From Mobula hypostoma (lineage: Eukaryota), in the NCBI RefSeq assembly GCF_963921235.1, contig NC_086108.1, forward strand, positions 84,756,001 to 84,820,000: a stretch of 64,000 nt of DNA, in the 5' to 3' direction. Shown piece by piece: positions 1-13,030 of this stretch. Both the position numbers and the translations under genes were made by a program. The notes below the pieces were generated by a model. It searched no databases and had not been told where the DNA came from. It worked only from the letters and a program-made list of their open reading frames with translations. Each line of letters begins with the position of its first letter. Within the stretch, counting starts at the first letter, position 1.

Positions 1-1662
1 TGTAATAGGGAATATAAGGCTAGATGGAAGGAAATAGAATTTGGATTAGTTGACAGTTTTCCTCTTCAGGCCTCAATAGCCGACAAAGGATTGATGGCCC
101 AGTTGGAAAAATTTAATAATGCTTGGATAAATCTTACATTAAAAGTATGGCAGAAGGTGGTTAATTCATAACATGTTAAAACTCTTTAGATGGTGTGCAT
201 ATGATACCGAATTCCTTCCCAACAGAGGAGATAAAAGATTTGAGCTATGGATAAAGAAAGGTCTTACAACCTACCTCTCATTTATAGATAAAAGAGTATT
301 ACAAAGTTTCCAAATCCTGCAGGACAAACATGGCCTAGAACATAATGACTTTTTTAGGTACCTTCAAATACGAAACTATGTTAACCAGAGTTGTAGATAT
401 ACAGACCTATCAACAGTAGAATTAGAATTTTTCAAGATTCTGAATTCGGCTTGCAGTTCAATACCCAGTAAATCAGTTTCTCGCCTATATAATGCACTCT
501 CCCATGCTAAAAATGTAAATACACTGTATATTAAAGAGAAGTGGGAGAAAGAAGCGGGGTTGGTACTTTCAGAGGAGGCTTGGGGGAAAATCTGCAGCTT
601 TCAATGGTCCTCGACTAATTCTTTGACTTGGAGAGAACATTGTTGGAAAAACATTATAAGATACTTCAAGACCCCATATCAGGAAAAATATAAAGATACA
701 AATGTGATGTGTTGGAGAAGGTGCGGCTCCAAGGAGGCAAATCATTTTCATATTTTCTGGGATTGCCCTAAATTAAGTCTATTTTGGGAAGGTATTCATA
801 GGACATTAGTTGAGGTACTTAGGTCCCAGATACCTCTGAACTTTGAGACGCTCTATTTGGGGCATGTATTGTTCCTTGAACAGAAGGAAGATATAAAGTT
901 GCTGCAGGCCCTCTTAGCGGCAAGTAAGAAATCAATCACTAGAAAATGGCTAAATCCAATACCACCTACATTAGAAGATTGGTACGAAATTATCTTGGAA
1001 ATATTTAAAATGGAAAAGTTGACTTACTCCCTGAGAACTCAAAAAGAAACATTTTATCAAATCTGGAATAAATGGATTGAATATATAACCCCAATGCGAG
1101 CAGACTTTAGATGACTCTCCTAATGATTTATATTGCTCTTCTCATCAACACAGTAATATTGCTAACGTAAGCACCCCTAGTCTAAATGTTTGTTTTTTTT
1201 TGGAAAATAGAGAATTAACACAAGTAAAAGGAAAGATTTGGGAAAGGGATAAAAAAAAAGAAAAAATTAAGTAAATAAGTACATAGGGATTGGATAATTA
1301 TGTCTGCGGGCAGGAACAAGCACGAACAAATTGGGATATAAACACCTACAATGGTTGGTATATAGGCTTGTATGCAACATTTTGGACCAGTGGAAATGGT
1401 CCAGAAGGGTTGTATGGAAACTATTATTACCATTTTTCTTAACAACTAATTTCATTACTTAGCCTAATAGGTTAGATTTACCACAGTACATAATTATCTA
1501 TTTAAATGTTTATTTTCCTTTTATATCATCTCAATGTGTACTTAAGAATGTATAAATAATTGTAGTTTTATACATATAAAAAATGGAAAAGGTTATATGT
1601 GTGAAAAAAGTACATGATAATTGTGAATTCCTTATCCAAATAAAAATAAAATTAAAAAAAAA
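1..1662 (+). mobile_element. L1/Tx1-clade LINE 3' end (ORF2 C-terminus, 3' UTR, A-tail)
   Basis: ORF 173..1114 has a zf-RVT-like CWRRC...HIFWDCPKL motif and a typical W-rich C-terminus; AATAAA and an A-rich tail at about 1639-1662. Confidence 0.85.
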
Positions 1663-2185
1663 GTTCAAGAAAGCACATGGCAAGAAAGATGGTGTTGACA
1701 CTGTAAGTGCAGAAACATGGAAATCAACAAAATTCCCTGACTTGCATCAAAAATTTTGCGTCCAATGGCAGTGAAATAGGCCTTTTCTATCGTGCCACAC
1801 TGAAGGGTTTTCTCGGCTACAAACATGCAACACTATCAGGTTCAAAGAAAATAACAGATTGCATAATGGATCGATTATCTGCACTAGGTGTCTGCTCTGA
1901 TTTTGTTCATTTACAGTTAACCAAAAGAATACAACAGCGTACACTGGATGAATTTCTGTGTCAATAAATTTTCGGTACCAATACACAGTTTTATAACACA
2001 GTAGTACTATTGCTCGTGTCCTTTGTACGTAATTTAATTGCATAATTTGTTTACTAAGTTAAACAGTAGTTTGTCTTTTTTATACCTTATTAACCACTTC
2101 CATAAAATTTTGGCTAATTGGGGCAGACACTTAATTGGCTGAAGAGTATTGGTCCTGATGTGTTCCAATTAACCGGAATCCACTG
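1663..2185 (+). mobile_element. Degenerate Tigger/pogo DNA transposon remnant, right end
   Basis: Remnant 'EIGLFYRAT...SGSKK' resembles the pogo DETGLFYR motif. Ends AATTAACCGGAATCCACTG-TA, the same end seen near 40110. Confidence 0.65.
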
Positions 2186-2340
2186 TATTTCACTGGCTGC
2201 AAAACATTTCAATACTGTATATGCTAAGGTGGGAAATAAACCTTTATTATTGTTACTTTTTTTCCCCCCTCCTTAGAGTAAAAATAACAGAAAACAATAA
2301 ACCCCTAATTTAGTTACAATTTTACAAGTGGGTGCAGTAC

Positions 2341-2519
2341 CTGTATCCATCAATGAAGCTGGCATTTATGTAATCAGAGCCCTCAACTCCTCGGATTGGT
2401 TGCAAGCAGACTCGTGTGGATTCATATGGCATGATGTTCACAAGACGGTTTTTAAATTTGTTACAAGGGAGATTGGCACTGATAAATCGTGAGGTATGTG
2501 CTTTGGAGTTCGCCAGGCG
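2341..2519 (-). CDS. PTPRF: PTPRF exon, start of PTP D2 ([33 protein letters not shown]...SFIDGY)
   Basis: ttggttgcag| 179 nt |gtactg. KNRL in place of KNRY, typical of LAR D2. The gene continues beyond position 1. Confidence 0.96.
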
Positions 2520-2835
2520 CTGCAACCAAACAATAAAATGGGTTAATCCAATATCTGGAGATGAGTGTGCATAACATTTACAAAAGCAAAGTAGACTGTG
2601 CAGCCTAACCAGTTGATGTCAGTATTTATGTTCTGGTTGAGTCACCAAAGTATTTCTTGTTAAATACAGTATGTAATGAAAACTTAAAATGACAAAAAAA
2701 TTTAATTGCTCTTGCCACAGTCCAGTTGATTGTCTATTCAAGACCTATTCCAGAAAAATATCAAACCCGATTCTTAAATTGCAACAGTAAGGTAGTACTA
2801 TGTTGTTGGAGGTGACTTATTTTGGATGATATGTT

Positions 2836-5800
2836 ACATAGAAACATAGAAAATAGGTGCAGGAGTAGGCCATTCGGCCCTTCGAGCCTGCACCGCCATT
2901 CAGTATGATCATGGCTGATCATCCAACTCAGAACCCTGCACCAGCCTTCCCTCCATACCCCCGATCCCTTTAGCCACAAGGGCCATATCTAACTCCCTCT
3001 TAAATATAGCCAATGAACTGGCCTCAACTGTTTCCTGTGGCAGAGAATCCCACAGATTCACCACTCTGTGTGAAGAAGTTTTTCCTAATCTCGGTCCTAA
3101 AAGGCTTCCCCTTTATCCTCAAACTGTGACCCCTCGTTCTGGACTTCCCCAACATCGGGAACAATCTTCCTGCATCTAGCCTGTCCAATCCCTTTAGGAT
3201 TTTATACGTTTCAATCAGGTCCCCCCTCAATCTTCTAAATTCCAACGAGTATAAGCCTAGTTCATCCAGTCTTTCATCATATGAAAGTCCTGCCATCCCA
3301 GGAATCAATATGGTGAACCTTCTTTGTACTCCCTCTATGGCAAGGATGTCTTTCCTCAGATTAGGGGACCAAAACTGCACACAATACTCCAGGTGTGGTC
3401 TCACCAAGGCCTTGTACAACTGCAGTAGTACCTCCCTGCTCCTGTACTCGAATCCTCTTGCTATAAATGCCAGCATACCATTCACCTTTTTCACCGCCTG
3501 CCGTACCTGCATGCCCACATTCAATGACTGGTGTATAATGACACCCAGGTCTCGTTGCACCTCCCCTTTTCCTAATCGGCCACCATTCAGATAATAATCT
3601 GTTTTCCTATTTTTGCCACCAAAATGGATAACTTCACATTTATCCACATTAAATTGCATCTGCCATGAATTTGCCCACTAACCATCCAAGTCACCCTGCA
3701 TCCTCTTAGCATCCTCCTCACAGCTAACACTGCCGCCCAGCTTCGTGTCATCCGCAAACTTGGAGATGCTGCATTTAATTCCTTCATCCAAGTCATTAAT
3801 ATATATTGTAAACAACTGGGGTCCCATCACTGAGCCTTGCGGTACCCTACTAGTCACTGCCTGCTATTCTGAAAAGGTCCTGTTTATTCCCACTCTTTGC
3901 TTCCTGTCTGCCAACCAATTCTCTATCCACATCAATACCTTACCCCCAATACCGTATGCTTTAAGTTTGCACACTAATCTCCTGTGTGGGACCTTGTCAA
4001 AAGCCTTTTGAAAATCCAAATATACCACATCCACTGGTTCTCCCCGATCCACTCTACTAGTTACATCCTCAAAAAATTCTATGAGATTCGTCAGACATGA
4101 TTTCCTTTCACAAATCCATGCTGACTTTGTCCGATGATTTCACCGCTTTCCAAATGTGCTGTTATCACATCTTTGACAACTGACTCTAGCAGTTTCCCCA
4201 CCACCGATGTTAGGCTAACCGGTCTATAATTCCCTGGTTTCTCTCTCCCTCCTTTTTTAAAAATGGGGTTACATTAGCCACCCTCCAATCCTCAGGAACT
4301 AGTCCAGAATCTAAAGAGTTTTGAAAAATTATCACTAATGCATCCACTATTTCTTGGGCTACTTCCTTAAGCACTCTGGGATGCAGACCATCTGGCCCTG
4401 GGGATTTATCTGCCTTTAATCCCTTCAATTTACCTAACACCACTTCCCTAACATGTATTTCCCTCAGTTCCTCCATCTCACTGGACCCTCTGTCCCCTAC
4501 TATTTCCGGAAGATTATTTATGTCCTCCTTAGTGAAGACAGAACCAAAGTAATTATTCAATTGGTCTGCCATGTCCTTGCTCCCCATAATCAATTCACCT
4601 GTTTCTGTCTGTAGGGGACCTACATTTGTCTTAACCAATCTTTTTCTTTTCACATATCTATAAAAGCTTTTATAGTCAGTTATTATGTTCCCCGCCAGTT
4701 TTCTCTCATAATCTTTTTTCCCCTTCCTAATTAAGCCCTTTGTCCTCCTCTGCTGAACTCTGAATTTCTCCCAGTCCTCAGGTGAGCCACTTTTTCTGGC
4801 TAATTTGTATGCTTCTACTTTGGAATTGATACTATCCCTAATATCCCTTGTCAGCCACAAGTGCACGATCTTCCTTGATTTATTCTTTTGCCAAACTGGG
4901 ATGAACAATTGTTGTAGTTCATCCATGCAACCTTTAAATGCTTGCCATTGCATATCCACCGTCAATCCTTTAAGTGTCATTTGCCAGTCTATCTTAGCTA
5001 ATTCACGTCTCATACTTTCAAAGTTACCCTTCTTTAAGTTCAGAACCTTTGTTTCTGAATTAACTATGTCACTCTCCATCTTAATGAAGAATTCCACCAT
5101 ATTATGGTCACTCTTACCCAAGGGGCCTCTCATGACAAGATTGTTAATTAACCCTTTCTCATTGCTCAATACCCAGTCTAGAATATCCTGCTCTCTCGTT
5201 GGTTCCTCGACATGTTGGTTCAAAAAACCATCCGCATACATTCCAAGAAATCCTCTTCCTCAGCACCCTTACCAATTTGGTTCACCCAATCTACATGTAG
5301 ATTGAAGTCACCCATTATAACTGCTATTCCTTTATTGCACACATTTCTAATTTCCTGTTTAATACCATCCCCAACCTCACTACTACTGTTAGGTGGCCTG
5401 TACACAACTCCCACCAGCGTTTTCTGCCCCTTAGTGTTATGCAGCTCTATCCATATCGATTCCACATCTTCCCAGCTTATGTCCTTCCTTTCTATTGCGT
5501 TAATCTCCTCTCTAACCAGCAACGCCACCCCACCTCCTTTTCTTTCATGTCTATCCCTCCTGAATATTGAATATCCCTCAATGTTGAGCTCCCATCCTTG
5601 GTCACCCTGGAGCCATGTCTCTGTGATCCCAACTATATCATATTCATTAATAACAATCTGCCCTTTTAATTCATCCACCTTGTTACAAATGCTCCTTGCA
5701 CTGACACACAAAGCCTTCAGGCACGCTTTTACAACTCTCTTAGCCCTTATACAATTATGTTGAAAAGTGGCCCTTTTTGATTTTTGCCCTGGATTTGCCT

Positions 5801-6801
5801 GCCTGCCACTTTTACTTTTCACCTTACTACTTTTTGCTTCTACCCTCATTTTACACCCCTCTGTCTCTCTGCACTGGTTCCCATACCCCTGTTGTGAACT
5901 AACCTCCTCTCACCTAGCCTCTTTAATTTGATTCCCACCCCCCAACCATTCTAGTTTGAAGTCACCTCAGTAGCCCTCGCTATTCTCCCTGCCAGGATAT
6001 TGGTCCCCCTAGGATTCAAGTGTAACCCGTCCTTTTTGTACAGGTCACGCCTGCGCCAAAAGAGGTCCCAATGATCCAAAAACTTGAATCCCTGCCCCCT
6101 GCTCCAATCCTTCAGCCACGCATTTATCCTCCACCTCATTGCATTCCTACTCTCACTGTCGCGTGGCACAGGCAGTAATCCCGAGATTACTACCTTTGCG
6201 GTCCTTTTTCTCAACTCCTTTCCTAGCTCCCTATGTTCTCCTTTCAGGACCTCTTCCCCTTTCCTACCTACGTCATTGGTACCTATATGTACCACGACCT
6301 CTGGCTCCTCACCCTCCCACTTCAGGATATCTTGGACACGATCAGAAATATCCCGGACCCTGGCACCAGGGAGGCAAACTACCATCCAGGTCTGTGGACT
6401 GCGTCCACAGAATCACCTATCTAACCCGCTTACTATCGAGTCCCCTATTACAACTGCCCTCCTCTTCCTTTCCCTACCCTTCTGAGCTACAGGGCCGGAC
6501 TCTGTGCCGGAGGCACGGCCACTGTCGCTTCCCCCAGGTAAGCTGTCCCCCCCCCAACAGTACTCAAACAGGAGTACCTATTGTCAAGGGGCACAGCCAC
6601 CTGGGTACTCTCTATTACCTGACTCTTCCCCTTCCCCCTCCTAACCGTGACCCACTGGTCTGCCTCCTGTGGCCCCGGTGTGACCACCTGCCTGTAACTC
6701 CACTCTATGAACTCCTCACTCTCCCTGACCAGACGAAGGTCATCGAGCTGCAGCTCCAGTTCCCTAACGTGGTCCCTTAGGAGCTGCATCTCGGCGCACC
6801 T
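2836..6801 (-). mobile_element. CR1 LINE, 5'-truncated within ORF1, frameshifted (ORF1 SGNH esterase; ORF2 APE endonuclease and RT)
   Basis: VVHIGTND and DGLHLN (SGNH); ITETW, YRPP and GDFN (endonuclease); YLDFQKAFDKVPH and VRPHLEYCVQFWSP (RT region); (TTCTATGT)n-type tail at 2836-2852. Confidence 0.92.
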
Positions 6802-6932
6802 GACCTTAAACTTGTGGTGCCATAGGCTCTTTCAGAGGGGTATAAAAAAAAATCCCATGCATCTTTAAAAATAGTAGGGAGTTACCTCTACCTATATTTA
6901 TCCCTTAACTAACACCGCTAATTTGTGTTTTA

Positions 6933-8236
6933 CAGGTGTCCCCCACTTTTCGAACGTTCGCTTTACAAAACCTCACTGTTACGAAAGACCTACATTAGTT
7001 CCCTGTTTTCGCTAACAGAAGGTGTTTTAACTGTTACGAAGAAAGGCAGAGCACGGGAAAAGCAGCGCATGAAAAAAAAAATCAGCGCATGCCCCAAGCA
7101 GCAGCTCTCCCTGGGAACGGCATTCTCGCCGGCATTGCTTAAACATGTGCCTGTGAGCAGCCATTAGCAAGATGGTATCGGAAAAGCCTAAAAGAGCTCG
7201 TAAGGGTATTACACTTAGCGTAAAACTAGACACAATTAAGCATTTCAATCCTGGTGAACAAAGTGAGTTTGGCTTCTGGAAGTTGACGAAGATGAGGCTG
7301 AAGAGGTTTTGGCATCTCATGACCAAGAACTGATAGATGAAGAGCTGATGCAATTGGAAGAGGAAAGGATAACAATCAAAACTGAATGCAGTAGCGAACG
7401 GGCCGTGGACAGATACCGATTCGCGGAGAATGCGGCGGTAGCCAGAAGGCACACAGTACATCTTTAAGACAAAGCCGAAATAAACATGCTAATTAATTAG
7501 GTGCCGCCCGGCACATAATTGTCGGCCCAGATCAGAGGCAATGCAATCGAAAATTGCCTCTGATCTGGGCCGACATTTACGTGCCGGGCGGCACCTAATT
7601 AATTAGCTTGTTTATTTCGGCTTTTTTTTCTTAAAGATATGCTGTGTGCCTCCCGGCTACCACTGGATCCCTGCATGCTTCGCGGATCGGTATCGGTCAG
7701 CGGCCCGGAGGGTGGGGGCCACTGTACAACCCCAACCTCCAACTCAGCCTAACACACCATCATCAGTGTGCTCGGTGCTGTCCCAATTCCAGTAAGTGAA
7801 ACTAGACTGTACATACATTATTTCTACTTTATAAATGCTGTGTATTTTTATGTGTTATTTGGTATGATTTGGCAGCTTCATAGCTTAAAGGTTTCTGGAG
7901 AGTGTTTTTGCCAACAGCGCTTGCGTGAGATTTTCTGCTGACAGCGCTTGCGTGAGATTTTCACTGCAGTGGACAGTGCGGCAATGATTGTGGAAAAGTA
8001 TTTCTACTTTATATAGGCTGTGTACTTATCATATCATTCCTGCTTTTACTATATGTTACTGTTATTTTAGGTTTTGTGTGTTATTTGGCATGATTTGGTA
8101 GGTTATATTTGGGTCTGCGAATGCTCACAAATTTTCCCCATATAAACAAATGGTAATTGCTTCTTCGCTTTACGACATTCTGGCTTAGGAACCGTTTCAT
8201 AGGAACGCTCTACCTTCGGATGGCGGGGGAAACCTG
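6933..8236 (+). mobile_element. Internally deleted Tigger-like element with central palindrome, copy 1
   Basis: TA-CAGGTGTCCCCC...GGGGGAAACCTG-TA; transposase N-terminal remnant (MVSEKPKRARKGITLSVKL); hairpin at 7437-7661. Confidence 0.88.
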
Positions 8237-9369
8237 TATTGCTATTTACTTTAAGTAAGTTGACTGGCTCCTTTCATACATTACATTAGTGACTTCAAAA
8301 ATTTAGGTGTAGTTCACTGGTATCTAAGCCATGAAAAGTCCCATACAAATCGAGGTGTTTTCTCTTTTTTCCATTACAATAAACATGAGAAAGTACATTT
8401 AACCAGAATGATAGAGAATGACAGTTGCTCCCACTTTTTGAAATACTGAGTATAAAGATTTAATTCGATAACAGCTCTAGAATTTTGAAGTTTTTTCCCC
8501 ACAAACATATTTTATGAGGCAATTACGACAAACGAAAAATATGACTGGTCTAGACCTTTTTGAAGTTAACACAACAGCAAGTTCCTAGAGACTGGAATCA
8601 CACAGCAATCTTAATCTTACACCACACTTTGATGGCTCTGCTGAGGGACCAATGGTCATATCAATTTAAAAGCTTAAGCAATAGTTCCAAAGACAAGCTG
8701 AGAATTCGGAAGCAATATTAACTTAGATCTCACACACGAATGTACATGTAATCCCATTGAGATCTGTTTGACTGTCATAAAGACATTACATAAACATGAT
8801 TGTTTTCAATATTTGAGTTTGTTTTCAATTAGTCTCTTATTATTAATCAAGATTATCAAATGGTTTAAAAGAAAAAAAAAGTATTTGACTATTATATTGA
8901 TAAATAGAAATTATAATTCAGAAACTGAATATTCAATCCACCAGGCCTACAAGTGGATGGCCATCTCCCATCCATTTCTATATCTGGGCCTTTTTCTCTC
9001 ATTTGTCTGACTATTTTTTTTCCTAAATGTATCTTTGCAGTACTCATCCTAGATAATGACATTTCTCCAGAATTCCACCCTGGATTCATTAGTGACCATC
9101 TTGTATTTATCATCCTTTGAGCAATTACAAGTCACAAGTAAAAGCAGTCTCTCTTTTTCGAAATCTCGAAGATGATTCCCTGATTCCTCCTTGAGCCTTT
9201 TCTATCCTAAAGATAACCGTGTCAGCCTAACAAATCTTTCTGGTTGGTGTAACACTCATTTTGTGAATCATACTGCTTCTTAAATAACAGTATAACCTTA
9301 TCATAATAACAATGTACTATTTTAATAATGTTTATAGTTTTTAAATGTAAGAACTTACACACTTTAAAG

Positions 9370-11064
9370 CAGTGTTTCTCAACCGGGGTTCTGTAAAAGA
9401 TTGTGATGAAAAAAAAAAATCGTTTTTTGAACTTCATGCAATGTGCAATGCCCGCACTCACAGTGCTGGGCAGTGACTGAGCAGACCTGTTAGCAATCTC
9501 ATTAGCGGTCTCTCAGTCAAGTATGTCTGTGCGCAGTAGGACCGTGCTTATTTGTTTGAGTCCATTCTCAGTTTCTGATGCGAGATAGCGGAGGTCGCTG
9601 ATAATTGGTGAGGGCTGTATTACAGGGAGGGGAGGACAGTAGGCTGATAATTGGTGAGGGCTGTATTGCACAGAGAGGAGGACGGTAGGCTAATGAGGAG
9701 TTTAGAAAATGTAGAAAATTGGAGGGAAATTTTCAGTCTAAAGGAATTTTTACATGCCATGACTCAGCTGCCGGTCTGCTGCTTTGCTGTTGTTGTAAAC
9801 GTTGCAAAAGGTGTGTAGGTTAGAAGTGAATTTTCGTATTTTGATGCAGTATGAGAAATTGAAAATGTTTCACTCTCAAACAATATGATTAGTTGACATA
9901 TTGATGACATGCCACATGATGCTGAAGAGGTTTGTGTGATAAACTGAAGAAAGGCTTCTCCAGCCAGGTTGATGAGTCAACAGATTTCACCAATAAATAT
10001 CACATTGTAGCATTTGTAAGAGTTGTAAATGATGGTGAAATTCAAGAAAACTTTTTCTATTACAAAGGATTGCCCAAAACAAGGAAAGACCAAGATATAC
10101 TCAATGTTTTGTCTTCAGATCTGGAAACAAAAGGTTTGGCTTGGAGGAACTGTATTGGCATCTGAACTGATGGTGTCCCGTAAGAGGTTCAGTTTTTCTT
10201 GAAAAAAAGAAGAAAATCCTGATGTTGCCACAACACACTACTTTCTTCACAGAGAGGTGCTGATGTCAAAAACTCTTGACAATGAAATGAAAAGAAAAAT
10301 ATTCTGGATGATGCTACAAAAATGGCTAACTTTATTAAACAAAGACCAGTTCACTCAAGATCAAAAAACTCTGTGAAATCCTGGACAAAGAGCACACCAA
10401 TCTCCTGCTATATACAGAAATCCAACAGCTAAGCAGAAGATGAGTTTCAATAGGGTGTTTGAGTTGAAAGGTGAATTGCAGTACTTTCAAGAAAACAGCA
10501 GGCCAGATTTTGCAGAGTGCTTTGAAGATGAAGAATGGCTGCGGAAACTAGCCAAGTAAGCAGAGATTTTTCATCATATGATCCAATTGAACAAGTCTAT
10601 ACAAAGCACTGGCGAAAATGTTTTGACTTCAAGCCACAAGATTCTTGGATTTAAAAGGAAATTCAATCTCTGGAAAAATCATGTTGCAAAAGGGAATATT
10701 GAAATGCTTCCATGGCTGTTTGGGCTTGAGAGTGAGGAAGGATATCAGAAAGTCCCGAGTCTTACTGAAACAGAAATTTCTAATGTTTGCCCTATGAGTT
10801 TTGAAAATTTATGAAAGGGAAAGAAAGAGATCAACTTCAAGAAGGGTAAGCAAAGATTAACTACCTGTTTTTTCAAGAAATGTTGGCTAAAAATTCATTG
10901 TCTACTCAATTAAGTATTGACAATTATTTTGGATTATTAAATCTACAATTTTCTAAGCACGCTAATGTACCATGAGCTGTTGATATGGTTTTTACACAGG
11001 GATTCCCCGAGACCTGAAAATTATTTCAAGGGTTCCTCCAGGGCATAAAGGTTAAGAAAGGCTG
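9370..11064 (+). mobile_element. hAT (Charlie/Buster-like) transposon, decayed
   Basis: Imperfect TIRs CAGTGTTTCTCAACC / GGTTAAGAAAGGCTG; perfect 8-bp TSD CTTTAAAG (9362-9369, 11065-11072); remnants QVDESTD...VAFVR and LNKSIQ...FKRKFNLW. Confidence 0.9.
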
Positions 11065-11476
11065 CTTTAAAGTGTGAAGTGATTTAGGTTCCATGCAAAT
11101 TTCATTGCATTTTTCTGCTTTTCAATTCTATTCAAGATATTAATACTGGGATTCTTTTATGCCATGCAACTATTATGAGTGATTTGTATATTTCTCTACC
11201 TATAGACAAGCAGCATATGGCCTCTTTATTCTTATCAAAATGTATTAATGCTCTATAAATTTGTCATTACACAAACATTCTGCCAAGTTTACTTGAAGGA
11301 ATACCTCAAACTTGAACAACATAAAAAACACATGAAATAATTATACTAAAAAATTACTGTTTAAGATGAGAAATAAAGCAGGGTAGGGGCCCCTTGACCT
11401 TGGTGCCTGCTCTGTTATTCCATAAAATCATAACTAATCTTCTTATTCAGTACTACTTTTTACTCAGTAAAAACGC

Positions 11477-13030
11477 CAGGTTTCCCCCGCCATCCGAAGG
11501 TAGGGCATTCCTATGAAACGGTTCGTAAGCCGAATGTTGTAAAGTGAAGAAGCAATTATCATTTATTTATATGGGAAAATTTGCGTTCGCAGACCCAAAA
11601 ATAACCTACCAAATCATGCCAAATAACACATAAAACCTAAAATACCAGTAACATATAGTAAAAGCAGGAATGGTATGATAAATACACAGCCTATATAAAG
11701 TAGAAATACTTTTCCACAATTATTACTGAACTGTTCTCCGTAGTGAAAATCTCACGCAAGCGCCGTCGGCAGAAAATCTCACGCAAGCGCTGTTGGCAGA
11801 AACACGACGCAAGCACTCTCCAGTAATCTTTAAACTATGAAGCTGCCAAATCATACCAAATAACACGTAAAAATACACAGCCTATATAAAGTAGAAATAA
11901 TGTATGTACAGTGTAGTATCACTTACGGGAATTGGGAAGACAGCAAGCACACTGATGATGGTGTGTTAGACTGAGTCGTTGCAGGTTGGGTGGTGCAGTG
12001 GCCCCCACCCTCCAGGCCGCTGAGCGATACATTGCCGCGAAGAACGCAGGGGTCCTGCGGTAGCCGGGAGGTACACAACACATCTTTAAGAAAAAAGCCG
12101 AAACAAACATGCTAATTAATTAGGTGCCGCCTGCAATTGTCGACCCAGATCAGTGCCGATTTCCGATTGCATCGTCTCTGATCTGGGCCGACAATTATGT
12201 GTCGGCGGCACCTAATTAATTAGCATGTTTATTTTGGCTTTTTTCTTAAAAATGTGCTGTGTGCCTCCCAGCTACCTGTGCATTCTCCGTGTACTGGTAA
12301 CTGTCCGTGGCCTGGGGGTTGGAGTGGTGGGACACTGCGGTGTCATCTTGTCGCCTGTTTCCATTAGAGCAGGCAGCTCATCTTCTTCTATATCTGCCCG
12401 CCTTGATGTCGAAGGTCGAGGTTCGTCGTCTGCTGTGGCTGATGTGGAAGGCTTGCTTGACTGCTGAGCCTTGCGCATTTTTCTATCACACAGTTCTTTA
12501 ATAAGGACTAAACCATCCTGCAAATATCCCCTAAACCGACGTACCCTTTCAAAATTAAAGTCGTACTTTATCATTACTCATTCAGTTTCGATTGTTATCC
12601 TTCTTTCTTCCAATTGCATCAGCTCTTCATCTGTCAGTTCTTCGTGATGGGATGCCAAAACCTCTTCAACATCATGTTCGTCAGCTTCCACAAGCCAAAC
12701 TCACGTTGTCCTTGCTTCGTTCACCACGATCAAAACGCTTAATTATATCTAGTTTTGCTGTAAGTGTAACACCCTTATGAGCTCTTTCAGGCTTTTCCGA
12801 TACCATAGAACTCATCTTGCAAACGGCTGCTCACAGGCACCTGTTAAAGCAAAGCAGTTCCGAATCCGGGGGAGAGCGGCTGCTCGGGGCGCACTGCCTT
12901 TTATCGCGCGCTGATTTTTTTTTTCGTAACAGTGAAAACACCTTCTGAAAGCCAAAATAGGGTACTAATGTAGGTCTTTCGTAACAGTGAGGTTTCATAA
13001 AGCGAATGTTCAAAAAGCGGGGGACACCTG
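11477..13030 (-). mobile_element. Tigger-like element with central palindrome, copy 2 (inverted)
   Basis: Reverse-complement homolog of 6933-8236; same TIRs; TA at 13031 (left TA not preserved); hairpin at 12059-12276. Confidence 0.88.

Noticed and set aside
4805..6780. Several 130-213 aa + strand ORFs
   Set aside because: They are antisense shadows of the minus-strand CR1 ORFs.
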